In this document: piece by piece, positions 43,176-56,898 of the stretch
How positions within the stretch are numbered: position 1 is the first letter of the stretch
Layout: every line of letters starts with the position of its first letter
Assembly: GCF_964355755.1 (NCBI RefSeq)
Contig: NC_092677.1
Location: 11,554,101 to 11,618,100, forward strand
Direction: 5' to 3'
From: Antedon mediterranea
Taxonomy: Eukaryota > Animalia > Echinodermata
DNA length: 64,000 nucleotides
Notes under the pieces: generated by a model
Database searches by the model: none
What the model was told of the DNA's origin: nothing
What the model saw: only the letters and a program-made list of their open reading frames with translations
Position numbers and translations under genes: made by a program

Positions 43176-46100
43176 TATGATGCTTCTTACTAATCTGGTA
43201 TTACTCAAAGTATTATTTGACCACGATGGTTAATAGCTTGGATCAATATATTGATTAACTTACAGAATAAGAATAAGTTTAACAATAGACCTCTAATAAA
43301 TTGGATCATTTAATTTGAGTAGGATCGAACAGTAGGACGTTATTTTAAAAATATGGAAGGTCTGTCAAGTGCACTTTGGATAGACAAATTAAATTACTTT
43401 TTTATAATGTACAGTCAAACATATCTATATGTAGGAATCAAATAGAGTAGAGTTCAACGTGCGTACATTTAATGTTGTTTCATCCATCGAAATAGTAACG
43501 ACGCATCGTTGTTCGTATTGAAAGGACGAATAGATTACTGTGAAGTGCGTGTTATGAATAACACTTGTGCATCTGCCCATTGCCACAACAACAAATGGTA
43601 TGATTTAAGATTCAATACACAAGTTAATATAAACATGCACTACCTAGACAACGACATAATTCTATTAAAACCGAAATACAATGAGAACGCCATGTTGGAC
43701 AGCTTAGACGTACGTAAGCAGCATATTATGCAAAAACCACTATTCAGGGGACAAGCCCCACCACTTTCCTCTCTTCCTAAATTGGGGAAACTTTCCCGTG
43801 AAACCAACAAGGAGCAATATAGTTGTAATACAGTCTCTATCCCTCTATTCAGGGGACACTCTTGTTATTGTTGACTGCCTTAAATCTTTTGGACGCAACT
43901 CAAGAACTTAAGTGCGTCGCAAGAAATGTGACCAATCACGACGAGATGGATCAACTCACTTGCGTTGCGCTGATAGATGGTACGTTCTTGCGTGTGTCCT
44001 CTAGTCGGAAACAATTGTTTAAGCATGAGATGGAGTGGTGTGGTACGTATCTATATATACATTTACGTAAGGGCAAAATTGGTAAATCGCGCGTATTTCT
44101 AGAATGTTTACTCGATGGTATATAAAGTTGGTTCGTACTTTCGGATTTTATCCACCTGATGTAACCCTGTTTACTAATTAAATTAAGTTAGATAATTAGT
44201 TTTTGACAATTAAAGCGAATTTAGGTTCAATAATTTTTCCCCAAATAGAGGGGTTTTCCGACTGTGGACTGTCTAATGGATGTCCATTTTGAAAAATACC
44301 CGCACACAATAATACGATGATGTTTCGCATTAAAAAAAAAAATATTTTGAATTGATAGATTATATATAAATGTATACAAATGTATTGATTTGCGATGAAT
44401 GGAACATTCCAATCTCTCAGTCTCAGTATAATTATTTGGTTTAACACAAGTAGGTAAATGTATGGGTCCTTGTGGGGGATAGTTTTTCAATACTTTGACA
44501 ATACTTTAAATACGTATTAACCATTTTGGTCGCCATTTGAATCACAAAGTGTGTGGGCACTGTTAGATAATATAAACTATAATACAAATAAACTTTATTG
44601 TTTTTCAGTTGCTTCTCAACGTTTGTATTAATTAATAATTACAAACAATAAAAACGTCCTAGTGGTGTATCGTTACATGTACTTTACTTTTTTCAATCGA
44701 CTATGATAGTGACAGTTTTAACAATTAAGTATGAAATCGTAAATGTTTTACTGTACAGTATTTAGTGGTATATCATTTATAGGCCTATAAAACATGAACA
44801 AATATTTCGCTACTGAGTGGATTAAGAATATATTTGAAAATTGTTCCTATTTGTACCCATCCTCAATCCCCATCCCTCAACCATAATGTTACATATAAAA
44901 CACATATTAGGTTTGTTTAAATGAGTCCAAATCAAAAATTTGGACTAATTTTGTGACAAGTTTCTCTTTCGGAAGTAAGGGTCTATTTATTCATTTCTGT
45001 AAACGACAATGTATTATAGTCTTGCGGTACGTACATTTGAAATCGCCAGATGTTTTACCCTGAAATTACTGTGTATTCGAGAACCATCTGTGGGCACGAC
45101 CTAGATGGTACGCGAGCGAAGCGAGCGTATTCATCTACTTAAAAGAAATTCTAAATAATTCTTTATTCACGAAGAGTTGCAGAATAATAATTTGATATTT
45201 ATGAGGAAAAGATCATAAACCAGTTATTATCTCCTCACTTGTGGGCGTATAATGAAATATGCGGTACTTTGTGCAAATCTCAGCCAGCGGCTTTTTATTC
45301 ATTTCAACATGGGAAGTTGAAGACATTTTAAAACCATAAACGGTGTGCCTCTTCTGTCGAAAAGCTTCTCCTTTTATTTGCAAACAATTTCTGGTAAAGT
45401 ATTTTACAATGTCTATAAATAAATCAGTCTTAATAGAATTTTTCATTCTGGTTTTAAGGAAAATTAAATAAGTTTATCTGTTTTTTATTAACTTTAATGG
45501 ATTGTTCACGTTTGGTGGTGCCCCTTGGTCACAAGACAGGGACGTAACCTCAAATAATTTGGCCAATAACAAGCGATAAATTATCGTCATTGGTCAACTC
45601 ACTTGCGTTACGTATACGTTATTGTATTACGTCCCAGAGCGGAAACCAAGCGAACAACTTATATTTTTGTTGGTAACATTTTCTTGGAAAGCATTTTACA
45701 AATAAATCTGTCTTAATAGAATTTTTCATTCTGGTTTTTGATGAAAATTGATAAGATGATTAGTTGTTTAATGCACTAATATTCATGAAAGAAATTCATT
45801 TTTAAAATCTCATTTCCGATATAATATCCCTAATTTCAAGATTCGTTCATGAAATAACAGCGCCGCCACATAAGCCTCATATTGAGACATAGTCAGGCTT
45901 AGTAATTTCATGAACAATTCGCTATATTTGCTAAGGTAACCAACCAACTTATTATACCCGGGTGAATTACTAAGCCCGAATGCATCTTAAAGGCCCATTT
46001 ATATAAAGTGCCATTTTCACTGGGGGCCATTCGTAATTTTGAGAGAATTTGGGAGTGTAACGGATGATAATCTAGCTGGCTTACACACCGAATAATTGAT

Positions 46101-46372
46101 TTGGACACTAATTAATTCTGTAATTATTGCGCCCTATACATGAACGTTCTTTCGAAATTTATTTTTTTTACCCACACCGAACCATATCATGTTTTACGTC
46201 ACATGTCTTTCAAAATAAAGTAACGGAATATTTATTTTATCTTTATTTGTAAAATAAAATCAGGAATAAAAGACAGAAAATGATTGAGGCCTACCAAGTT
46301 AAAAAGTAATAATTTCTTCCTAATTTATGGAAAAGCTACTTTTGCTAAATCCATAGATTAATAACATTAATT

Positions 46373-46393
46373 CATGGAGGTATAACCTCCATA
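46373..46393. mobile_element. Second copy of the CATGGAGG palindrome with near-identical 7-bp flanks
   Basis: ATTAATT|CATGGAGGTATAACCTCCATA|ATTAATA. Confidence 0.55.
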
Positions 46394-49300
46394 ATTAATA
46401 GATAACAAAATAGATGAGAACGTAGATATATTCTGGAAAAAAATGAAGTTAAATCAGGGAAGAGTGAAATTTAAAATTACAAAAGTAATTCCGTGGTTTG
46501 GATTTTAACATAATTTACGTATAATTATTATTAGTGAATTATAATACTGGGCGAACATTATTACATGCCATTTGGTAACGTTAACCAGTGTACAACCACG
46601 TTAATGTTTGGCTGGATTCATTTCTATGTCACGTTACACGAATGATTTAGCTAACAACATTGGGCAACGATTTCGTCGAGAAGCTTTTAAATTAATTATC
46701 ATGCTTGCTATTTTTGTCCGATTTAATTTAGATTAAAGGATTCCGCGACAGAGTTAATATGCTCACAATAGAGTAGGCTTCGGATCAGCTTCCTTTATTT
46801 TTATTTTTATTTTATTCAATTAAAACCAACAGCGATAAATACCGCCACTAACAGGTTTTTAATCAATTCGTACACGCATGCGCCGTAGAGCTTTTTTTCA
46901 ACGTTGCTGTCGCGATTTTACAATTATCATGCTATACTAACCAGAATCGTCAGAAGAGAATTGCTGGCATAAAGGTTGCGAAGTGAAGAACAATTGATAG
47001 AATATAAACAAACCTTCAAAGAGCAGACAATTGAATTGTACTTTGGCTCCCGCCTTTAATGCCACTTTGGCTTCGAAGTAAACAAATGCTTTTAATCGCC
47101 GTCGAATTACGAATATTGTTGCTGATGGAGTATACAAGAATGAATGTAAGCTATACTATTATACATATTTATTTTAGATAGATAGGCCTAGTTTTCACTG
47201 AATGAACATAACGACTACTTTACTATTAATTCAAATATCCACGTGTTTTGCAATGGTTTTTAATAATTAAGTGATTCGAAATAATTTAATTGGTTCAATA
47301 TTGGAGGAATTTCCAAAGGTTTTACATTTTACTCCACATTAAATAAATTTGTATACGATAGGTCAGGTCTTTATTTTTACATAAAAAAAGACAAATTAAA
47401 ATTGTTTTTCTCCAAATGATCATTTGGATAGATATCTGATTCAGTGTTTTATATTTAGGCCTAAGTATGGGGTTTATTGGAAAATAAAAATTGAAAATAC
47501 TGTAATAAGTTGTATATTAATAGATCTACATACATTTTTTAAATTCAAAAAGTCTATGGTACGCGTTGTGTGCATAATTAATCGTGTCGCAAAGAAATAG
47601 TAGTCGGTTATTTGTAAATTTACCTACTGTATCATTTGTGTATCAAGACACATTCTGTGATACCGTGTAATATTTGTATTACATGTGACACCTGTATCAA
47701 GACCATTAAATAAAGTATAAAGCATAATACAAGCATCAAATGTGATACATGTATCACACAGTAATTACCATAGATAGATACAGTAGAGAATGAATTCAAA
47801 ACGCTACGGTATATTTTGGTCATAATTACCCGTGTCATATAAAGAGATGATCATGATATGTTGATAAGGCAAGTGGTGACGTTATGAGTAAAGTTAAGTA
47901 AGAATAGACGTTTACATGTTATCCTTTTAATATTATGATTTATTGTACACTACTACAATATGAACAGAGTCTTGTAAGCATAATGCGAATAAGAGAAAAG
48001 GTAGAACTGTCTTTATTATAATATTATAAGATCACGGTACAATGTACAAAATAATATCCAGCAGGTTTAACAACCGCGTGATCTGAATCAATATTATTTC
48101 TCTTTTTTTTGTGCGTATACGTACGCTTGTATAAATAAAACCTCAGCCTACCTACCGATAATTAATCCTATGAATTTAAACCTTTTCTCGTTTGTTGGAT
48201 TTATCGCTAATTGAATTCTAAAAAGTAATCAGCATATTTTTAAAGCTTCTTAGCATTTTGCTAGCGGCAAATCATTAATAATATAAATATTACAATGTTT
48301 AAAATATATTCCTCACTCTCAGTTTGTTTGTAATACCGTAATGTATAATATTCCTCCAGTTGAATGAGGTATCAAAGGGTCATTGTATCTGAGTACACTG
48401 TTGATATGGATTATTTACTCGAACATAACACAATTGGGATTTATATGAATAAAACGAATGAGGTTTTTTTTCCCATTCAAATAATGTTAACACATGACGT
48501 CATCATACGATAATGCCCGGTTGTGCCCAAAGGCTTCACAGATAGATTGCTGCAGTCATCTGTATAGTCATTCATTCATTCATTCATAAGACAGTACCCT
48601 ATAATATTAAGAGAAAAGTGGTAAATTAGACCGATCCCTGGTTAGCGACGAAGGCCGTATCCCTTACTTCGGTTTGGTTTTTGTGTGTGGAATGGTTGGA
48701 AATCCTTTTATCGCATTTGTTTATATAGGCCGCCTACAGCGCTTAGAGGTTTCACAACGTCAGGCGCTATATAAATTCAGGATATTATTATTATTATTAG
48801 TATTAAACGTTATTTCACAGTCCACTTATAATACAGTACTGTCTAAAATACACCGTATTGCAGTACTTGTTTTAAATCCGATCTTTAAAATGTAATACCC
48901 AAAACTTGTCAATGTTTTTGTTAAATGTGAGCTTCTGTCATTTTTTTATCTCCAAAATTGAAGAAAAAACACTGATCTAATAGTTGGCATTAAATGTAAC
49001 ACAATCCTCGCGCTAATACATACATATTACATCCATCATTCATAGCTATAAGAAAACTTTACGATTCTCTCTAGTAGCACTTTAAGTATTCATTAAATTG
49101 AGATTCTGTATCCACCTTAATGTCCTGGATTTAAAGCAATATATTTTTACTTTTTCATTTCAGTTAACCGTAATATAAAATATCAGATCGGTGGAGACGT
49201 ACCCGATTAGCTATGGTATTGATGAAAATCCGATAACAATCTTGCAATTATCGTATCTAGTGTTGAGTTTAATCCACAACAACATGTAGAATACGGATAT

Positions 49301-49499
49301 GGAGTGTAAACGCCACTTTAGTCGCTGTCAATTCAAAGCCTTTAAATCGTTTATGAAAACCCAAGCATTATAATATGGAAGACGTAAGATAAAGCAATGC
49401 AAAATATAAGAGATGGTCCTTGATTAAAACTAGATTCACACGATGCCGTTTTGTTAAATAATGGAAAATGTTATAATAATAGAATGACAGTAGGACTAA

Positions 49500-49720
49500 A
49501 AGGTTGGTCCCCACTAGAGACGCGACGTAACGCAACCTATACGCAACGTAAGAAAACGCCCTTTCAATAATTGTATTTCCCCCTCGATCCTGCGTGAAAT
49601 CAAACCTGCGATGATTGCAGCATTGCGCGCGTCGTCGGTTCCCACTTGTGATTACGAAATAAAGCACTTTACGTCAATACGTTGTTGCATTACGTTACGT
49701 TGCAAGTGGGAACCAAGCTT
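49500..49720. mobile_element. MITE family D copy
   Basis: aggttggtccccact...agtgggaaccaagct inverted termini; body is the reverse complement of ~42920-43118. Confidence 0.7.
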
Positions 49721-51984
49721 AAGGTAATATGGTATTCAATATTTAATACGGCACTCAATTGACCCTCTATTATCAAAATCGTTTTAAAGTTCAAGCAAGT
49801 TCAGACATTTAGTCTGTAGCGGAATTGACTGCGTTTAATGGCATGGACTGAAACAACATATTACGTAAATTTAAATGAAAATCGATACTAATATTTAGGA
49901 TTACGATGTAAAAATAAAAGTTCACGGACTATCAATCACGTGACAGTGTGTACTCCGGTTGACTACGTGAAAAGCTGCGTCCGATACAGCCACCATCATT
50001 GGCATAAGTTAGATCCCTAACCCCACCGCATCCGGCCCTCCATTTCTGTGGGACATCCGGCCCTATCAAGGAGACAGTTTATTCTGTTCTAAAAGGGTTA
50101 ACGGAGACGGCCACAATGCAACAACAACAAAACAGAATTGGTGCAAGCGTCTAGGTTACTCATCCGCTATAGGTAGATAATTTGATAACATTTATTCGGT
50201 ATTATCGATAGTCCCATTTGTCTCTTAGAACGACAGCATAGAGGGTACTATACGGTATTCGATCGAAATTAAAATGTTTCTATTTAATAGGAATTTGATA
50301 GGACGCGCATGTAACTATCTCAAACGGTCATCGGACACAATATTTGTTTCGCTCATTTTATTTCAGAGATCGTAGATGAATGAGATTTGAAAAATATTTT
50401 CTCCGTGATACTCTTTCCTGGTATAAGTATTTGACAATTGTTGACTAAACGTCATATTTGTCTAGAAAGTTTGTTTTTTTTCAAATTTACGATCGGCACA
50501 AAAATGTTTTAGTAATGTGTTAGTATCACGTAGATTATAGCGAATGATTATATAGACTTCGTTTCATAAATACTACTGTCATTTATATTTGTCCCAGAGC
50601 GAATAATAACATCAACGTGTTGCAACATTAACATTCCCTTGAGATAAAACAGTAGCCGAACGTACATAAACAGTGTCAAATTTTTCTCAATATATTTACC
50701 ATAACAAAAAAATATATATCAAAGAGACATAGATAATATGGTTAATGGAAAATATAATGTATATGCAATTTCGAAGCAAGATTACACTACATTTCCGAAA
50801 GCCTTTAATAACTGAATTTCTCAACAAAAACACGTTTTATCACGATTATTAAGCACAAACAATTCCGCACGGCAACCAATTTTAAGATGTAATTTCTAAT
50901 GACTGCTATAAAATTTGTTTTTATTTTATAGGCTTAATCGGTAATAAAAACGTATGATAAAAGTTTCCTTCGTTACGATCATTTCAATTTCTGGAAAAGT
51001 CTGCATATTGTACTAAAATGCACCGCTTTCAAAATATTGTTCTCCAAAAAAATGTTTCATTTATGAGATGTTCTATCTCTACAACAATATTACAATTTAG
51101 ACCCTAATGATAATCATTATTATTTACATAAAATAGGCCTTATAAAACGATTCAATTAAATAAATAGATTGCTTGATAAATAATTTATAATTGGATCCGA
51201 CTGAAGATAAATTACCTTGTTGTTGTGTTGGCATATTCATCGTGTACCTAAGGGCAAATCGATAAGTAGTAGTAGTAGTATTACTGTAGATAAAAGAATC
51301 AGAAGACAAAACTAATTTTTAAATAGAATCATTGCTTGCGTGTTTTCAATGACAGCCGGCACAATCCAAGGTTAAGGAAGACGTGCAATTACAGCATACA
51401 CTACGAATATAAATAGCCAATGTAAATTATTTGCACATTTTAGTATTTGACTGCCGGACTGGATGGCAAAACTACTGTGCACATGCGCAAAATGTGTATA
51501 ATATGCAATGGATAAAATTTAATCGATACGTTTAAAGCGACACCCATAATGGTAAAGAAAATTGTCTGAGATTTTTGCAAAAAGACGACGATGCGAAAAC
51601 CTCCCGATTTACAGACAACTGTCTAGACCCTAAACTATCCTGTAAAAAAACATCCCTAAAGTAATATCTGGCATCTTACAGCTTTATGCTACATTCAAAC
51701 TTGTTCCGTTCAATTTTGTGTAAGATTTTCCATTCCTGTTATTTGGCAAAAAAATGCGCAGTGTTACCATCGTGAGAATCCAGCTTGTATAACGCCTAAT
51801 AAGCTACAGTTTATACAAATCATGTTGCTCTAGTTATTAACCTGCCAGTAACTCTATGCTGCCTTCCAGACATCTTCAATTTCTTCATTTGACATGGATA
51901 TTCTGACTAATCTATGATTTTCGGCAATGCTAAAGGCTCTAACAAAACGACAATTGCTTACATGTCCTGAAGTGTGCATCTCTC

Positions 51985-53700
51985 GTAAATAGTCATTTGT
52001 CAGCAACATTTAGAATAATAGAATGTTCTGTCCTAAAGTCACTATCTGTCAGAAGTCATTTGTCAAATGGAATAGGATGTTCTTTTGTGATGATCTGATA
52101 GATATCAGCATATCAGCAACAGTGGAATAGAAAGTTCTTTTCTGATGATCTGTCAGAAATCAATATTCTTCACCAACAGTGGAATAGAATGTCCTGCTCT
52201 GATGATCTGTCTGTAGTCATTTGTCAGCAACAGTGGAATAGAATGTTCTGTTCTGATGATCTGCCAGAAATAATTCTTCACCAACAGTGGAATAGAATGT
52301 CCTATTCTGATGATCTGTCTGTAGTCATTTGTCAGCAACAGTGGAATAGAATGTCCTGCTCTGATGATCTGTCTGTAGTCATTTGTCAGCAACAGTGGAA
52401 TAGAATGTTCTGTTCTGATGATCTGCCAGAAATCATTTGTCAGCAACAGTTGAATAGAATGTTCTGATGATCTGTCTGTAGTCATTTGTCATCAACAGTG
52501 AACTACAATCTTTTGTTCTGATGATCTATCAGAAGTCATTCATCAGATACAGTGAAATAGAATGTCCTATTCTGATAATCTGTAAAAAGTCATGTCAGAA
52601 ACAGTGGAATAGAATCTTTTGTTCTGATGATCTATCAGAAGTCATTCATCGGATACGGTAAAATAGAATGCCCTGTTCTGGTGATCTATCAAAGTCATTT
52701 GTCAGAAACACTTGAATAGAATCTTTTGTTCTGATGATCTAATGGTCATTTGTCAAATGGAATAGGATGTTCTTTTCTGATGATCTGATAGATATCAGCA
52801 TATCAGCAACAGTGGAATAGAAAGTTCTTTTCTGATGATCTGTCAGAAATCATTCTTCACCAACAGTGGAATAGAATGTCCTGCTCTGATGATCTGTCTG
52901 TAGTCATTTGTCAGCAACAGTGGAATAGAATGTTCTGTTCTGATGATCTGCCAGAAATCATTCTTCTCCAACAGTGGAATAGAATGTCCTATTCTGATGA
53001 TCTGTCTGTAGTCATTTGTCAGCAACAGTTGAATAGAATGTCCTGCTCTGATGATCTGTCTGTAGTCATTTGTCAGCAACAGTGGAATAGAATGTTCTGT
53101 TCTGATGATCTGCCAGAAATCATTTGTCAGCAACAGTTGAATAGAATGTTCTGATGATCTGTCTGTAGTCATTTGTCATCAACAGTGAACTACAATCTTT
53201 TGTTCTGATGATCTATCAGAAGTCATTCATCAGATACAGTGAAATAGAATGTCCTATTCTGATAATCTGTAAAAAGTCATGTCAGAAACAGTGGAATAGA
53301 ATCTTTTGTTCTGATGATCTATCAGAAGTCATTCATCGGATAAGGTAAAATAGAATGCCCTGTTCTGGTGATCTATCAAAGTCATTTGTCAGAAACACTT
53401 GAATAGAATCTTTAATAATAATAATAATAATAATAATAAGATTTTTATAGCGCACATACCACTCCAGAGTGCTCAAGGCGCATTTAAAAATAAAAAAGAA
53501 ATAAATCATACAAATTCTTTTGTTCTGATGATCTAATGGAATCTTCTGTTCTAATGATCTATCAGAAATCATTCATCAGATACAGTGAAATAGAATGCCC
53601 TGTTCTGATGATCTGTAAAAAGTCATTTATCAAAAACAGTGGAATAGAATCTTTTGTTCTGATGATCTATCAGAAGTCATTCATCAGATACAGTCATTTT
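51985..53700. repeat. 54-bp satellite array with a ~690-bp higher-order duplication
   Basis: Unit ~CAGCAACAGTGGAATAGAATGTTCTGTTCTGATGATCTGYCWGWARTCATTTGT; block starting at 52055 is repeated at 52745. Confidence 0.95.
53414..53515 (-). mobile_element. 5'-truncated retroposon (SINE/LINE 3' tail) inserted in the satellite
   Basis: gcgctataaaaat followed by (TTA)n on the minus strand; flanked by TCTTT duplication; similar tail at ~48725-48800 (+). Confidence 0.65.
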
Positions 53701-54069
53701 TGTATCATTATAGAGAAATAGAGTGAGATCTTCAGATTCTTTATTTCCACGTTGACAAAAAGGCCATAGAGATAGACCAACATACCAGTTTTCTGTTTTA
53801 ATTGGTACTTTTTACCAATTAAAACTCTTAGTAGCTATGTTTAATAAACAAATAAGTGTAATTTCGCCAGGATTATTATTAATACAGTAAATGTCGTTAT
53901 ATACTAATTATAGAAGTCAAACGTTCGTTTAATAATATCCTTATATTCCTATCGGCATCTGACATTTATAATTCTTTGTTACTGACGTCATCTAGAATAC
54001 TAAATATAACTTTATGTGATTATAGCGTTGAACGTCAATCGCAACATTAAAAACATATCTATCGTAAAT

Positions 54070-54300
54070 AAGCAAGTAATAAGTGAGGAAGTTTCAGAGA
54101 AAAAAGAAAACAGTTTATTAAACGTGATTGAACGACAAACAAAGAAAAGAGTGGTCATGTGTTGAGAGGAGGAAATGAAGCATAGAATTTGTTTGAATGG
54201 TTATAGAAAGGAATTGGAGAAAAAGTGAAAAACAAAAGCAAATAAGATCCTTAAGCAGAAGGCGAAATATATTTGTGTTCGTTTTATGGAAAACCGAGCA
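54070..54300 (+). mobile_element. Highly decayed RTE-clade LINE 3' fragment
   Basis: Broken translation EEV...SLLNVIERQ...GHVLRGG resembles RTE ORF C-termini. Another RTE-like end with a (GAT)n tail lies at ~23600-23707. Confidence 0.5.
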
Positions 54301-54644
54301 GGTTAATATTGTTTTATTGTAAGTTACAGATTGATTTAAAGACGATAAAGACCATTGAACGACCTACTAAATAACATTAGGTATTACTCATGATGAGTTG
54401 ATGAGATCATTGTCAAAATGTATTTAAGTAACATCAGCTTGCAACAAACACACGTGTCTCTATAGTTCTAAAATAATAAGAGGAAATTCCTATTTGTGTT
54501 CACTACCGTTCCGCACCATAGAACATAAATATACATGTAACTTCTCTATGTCTAGAAAGGTATTTGAATTCACCATCATAGAATGTTCAACTACTGTAAT
54601 ATAATAATCATATCTATCTATCATTTTAATCATATATTACAATT

Positions 54645-56898
54645 GTGATGACGTTAAACAAAGAACAAATAAGAAACGTAAACTTAAGACTTGGATGACT
54701 GATGGCTTATTAAAATCCACAAAACATAAACACAAATTTTAATGCTAATTTCTTGCACAACCCATCTGAAAAAAACAAAAATGAATATAAACGTTTCCGT
54801 AACAAACTTAACACATTGATTAGACAAGTTAAAATTTATCACTTTAACAACACCTTCTCACAGCATAAAAATGATATCAAAGGAACTTGGAAAATTATCA
54901 ATTCTTTATTGAATAAACCTAAGAATAATCAGCCCGACTTACAAATCGAATGTGATGGCGAATTATCAAATGATCCAATTAAAATTACAAATTCTTTCAA
55001 TCAGTTTTTTGGACAGATTGGACCTACCCTTGCAAGTCAAATACCATCACATGCAACACATTATAAAGACTACTTACCGAACCCTACTCTCAATTCCCTA
55101 TTTCTTATCCCTGTTGACGAAAATGAAATACTCAACACAGTCAAATGTTTCAAGAATAATAAGGCTCCAGGTTTTGACGATATTAGTACTAATATAGTTA
55201 AGCAAACATGTAGCCTTATCTCTCACCCACTTTGCTATATTTTTAACCTGTCTATGTCTAAAGGAGTGTTTCCAAACAAATTAAAACTTGCAAAAGTAAC
55301 CCCCATCTATAAATCTGGAGTCAAGTCTAATGTTAGCAATTATCGTCCTATCTCCATTCTGTCAATTTTCTCCAAAATGTTTGAACGCATCATTTATGAT
55401 CGGACATACAAATTTATTTTAAAACACAATATTCTTTCTGACCATCAATATGGCTTTCGAAAAGGATATGATACTTCAATGGCTCTTTTACAATTTACTA
55501 ATAGTATTGTGGATGCATTTGAAAAAAAACCATTTTGCTATTGGAACATTCATTGATCTTTCAAAAGCCTTTGATACTATCAATCATAACATTCTCTTAT
55601 CTAAACTATTCATTTATGGAATCCGTGGACCTGCACATGATCTATTTAAAAGTTATCCGTCAAATAGATTTCAATGTACTAAATATAGCAATGTTACCTC
55701 TCATTTTACACCAATATCATGTGGAGTCCCCCAAGGTTCACTGCTTGGCCCACTTTTATTTTCTTTATATATAAATGACATTTGTTCATCCTCTAAATTA
55801 TTTTCTTTCTGCCTCTATGCTGACGATACTACCCTCCTTTATACCAATCCAAATATTCAGTCACTTTTTGCGGTTGTCAACCAGGAACTGACTAAAGTGT
55901 GTGAATATGTTTCGAAACACTCGCAAACCTGTAAATCTTGATGATAGATATATTAAAATTAATGAACATATTGTTCCACTTGTTGAAAATACGAAATTTG
56001 TTACCATTGATTCAGGTATCACTTGGAAGCAACATATGAAAGAAATTGAAAATAAAATATCCAAAAATATTGGTATCATTTTTAGACTGTCTTCTTTTCT
56101 TCCAAAAAACATTCTTCATACCTTGCATTGTACTCTTATTTTACCATATTTAAACTATTGCAATGTAGTTTGGTGCAACACGTATGAGTCCAACACTAGC
56201 AGATTATTTATCAAACAGAAGAAAGTAGTTCGAATAATATCAGGTGCACCACCACTAGCTCACTCAGATCCCTTATTTTCCTCCCTAAAGACCTTAACTA
56301 TCATCAACAGTGTACTTTTCTCTACTCATCGATTAACTCCCTAAACCCACCTCAATTTACAAATTTATTCCAACCAAACGCATCTTTTCACAGTTATAGA
56401 ACTCGAACTGTACAGGATATGCATATCCCTCTTCATAAAAAAACCTCATTTCAATATAACATAAGATTTAGTGGACCTAAACTATGGAATAAACTACCTT
56501 CAAATATTAAAGATGCTGTATCTAAGAAAAGCTTTTCATTTAAACTTAAAAGATATATCACATCCAAGTATTAATTTTTATTATATTACATTTGATGATA
56601 ATAATTATAATGATGAGTAACAAGAAGACGAATAATTCTTAATTTATACCAAAATAATTTTTTTAGTTATTTTTCTTATTTAGTTTAACCCATGTTATGT
56701 AAATTTATATATTGTTACTTCTTTATTTTCTTTTTCCGTGTTGTTTAAATCTAGTCTTTGTTTGGGCATGTCTGTCACAAGCTTTTTGCTTTTTTGAACA
56801 TGCCTTCTTCAATCATATTACCTTTCTTTACACCATTTTGTATACTGTTTTAATTTGAAGAAAATAAATGTTACTTTGAATTGAATTGAATTGAATTG
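54645..56898 (+). mobile_element. 5'-truncated, inactivated non-LTR retrotransposon (CR1/L2/Crack group), RT domain to 3' end
   Basis: KAPGFD, NYRPISIL, QYGFR, FIDLSKAFDTINH, GVPQGSLLGPLLF, YADD motifs; stops near 54741 and 56342, frameshifts near 55525 and 55905; 3' stem-loop ggcatgt...acatgcc, AATAAA and (TTGAA)n tail. Confidence 0.93.

Noticed and set aside
41500-51900. Short ORFs (60-121 aa) in the intergenic region
   Set aside because: Mostly non-ATG starts, many overlap MITE remnants, no recognisable motifs or consistent exon chain
52140-53230. CTGATGA...GAAA in satellite units suggesting tandem hammerhead ribozymes
   Set aside because: Only 7 nt lie between CUGAUGA and GAAA with no stable stem II, stem III does not pair, and many units lack GAAA. 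An Infernal search with hammerhead models would settle it.
52153-53721. 18-aa repeat ORFs and CRISPR-like periodicity
   Set aside because: Head-to-tail 54-bp satellite with no unique spacers and no cas genes; eukaryotic context
54753-56344. Functional or domesticated reverse transcriptase
   Set aside because: No endonuclease domain or ORF1, several stops and frameshifts, ordinary LINE 3' tail
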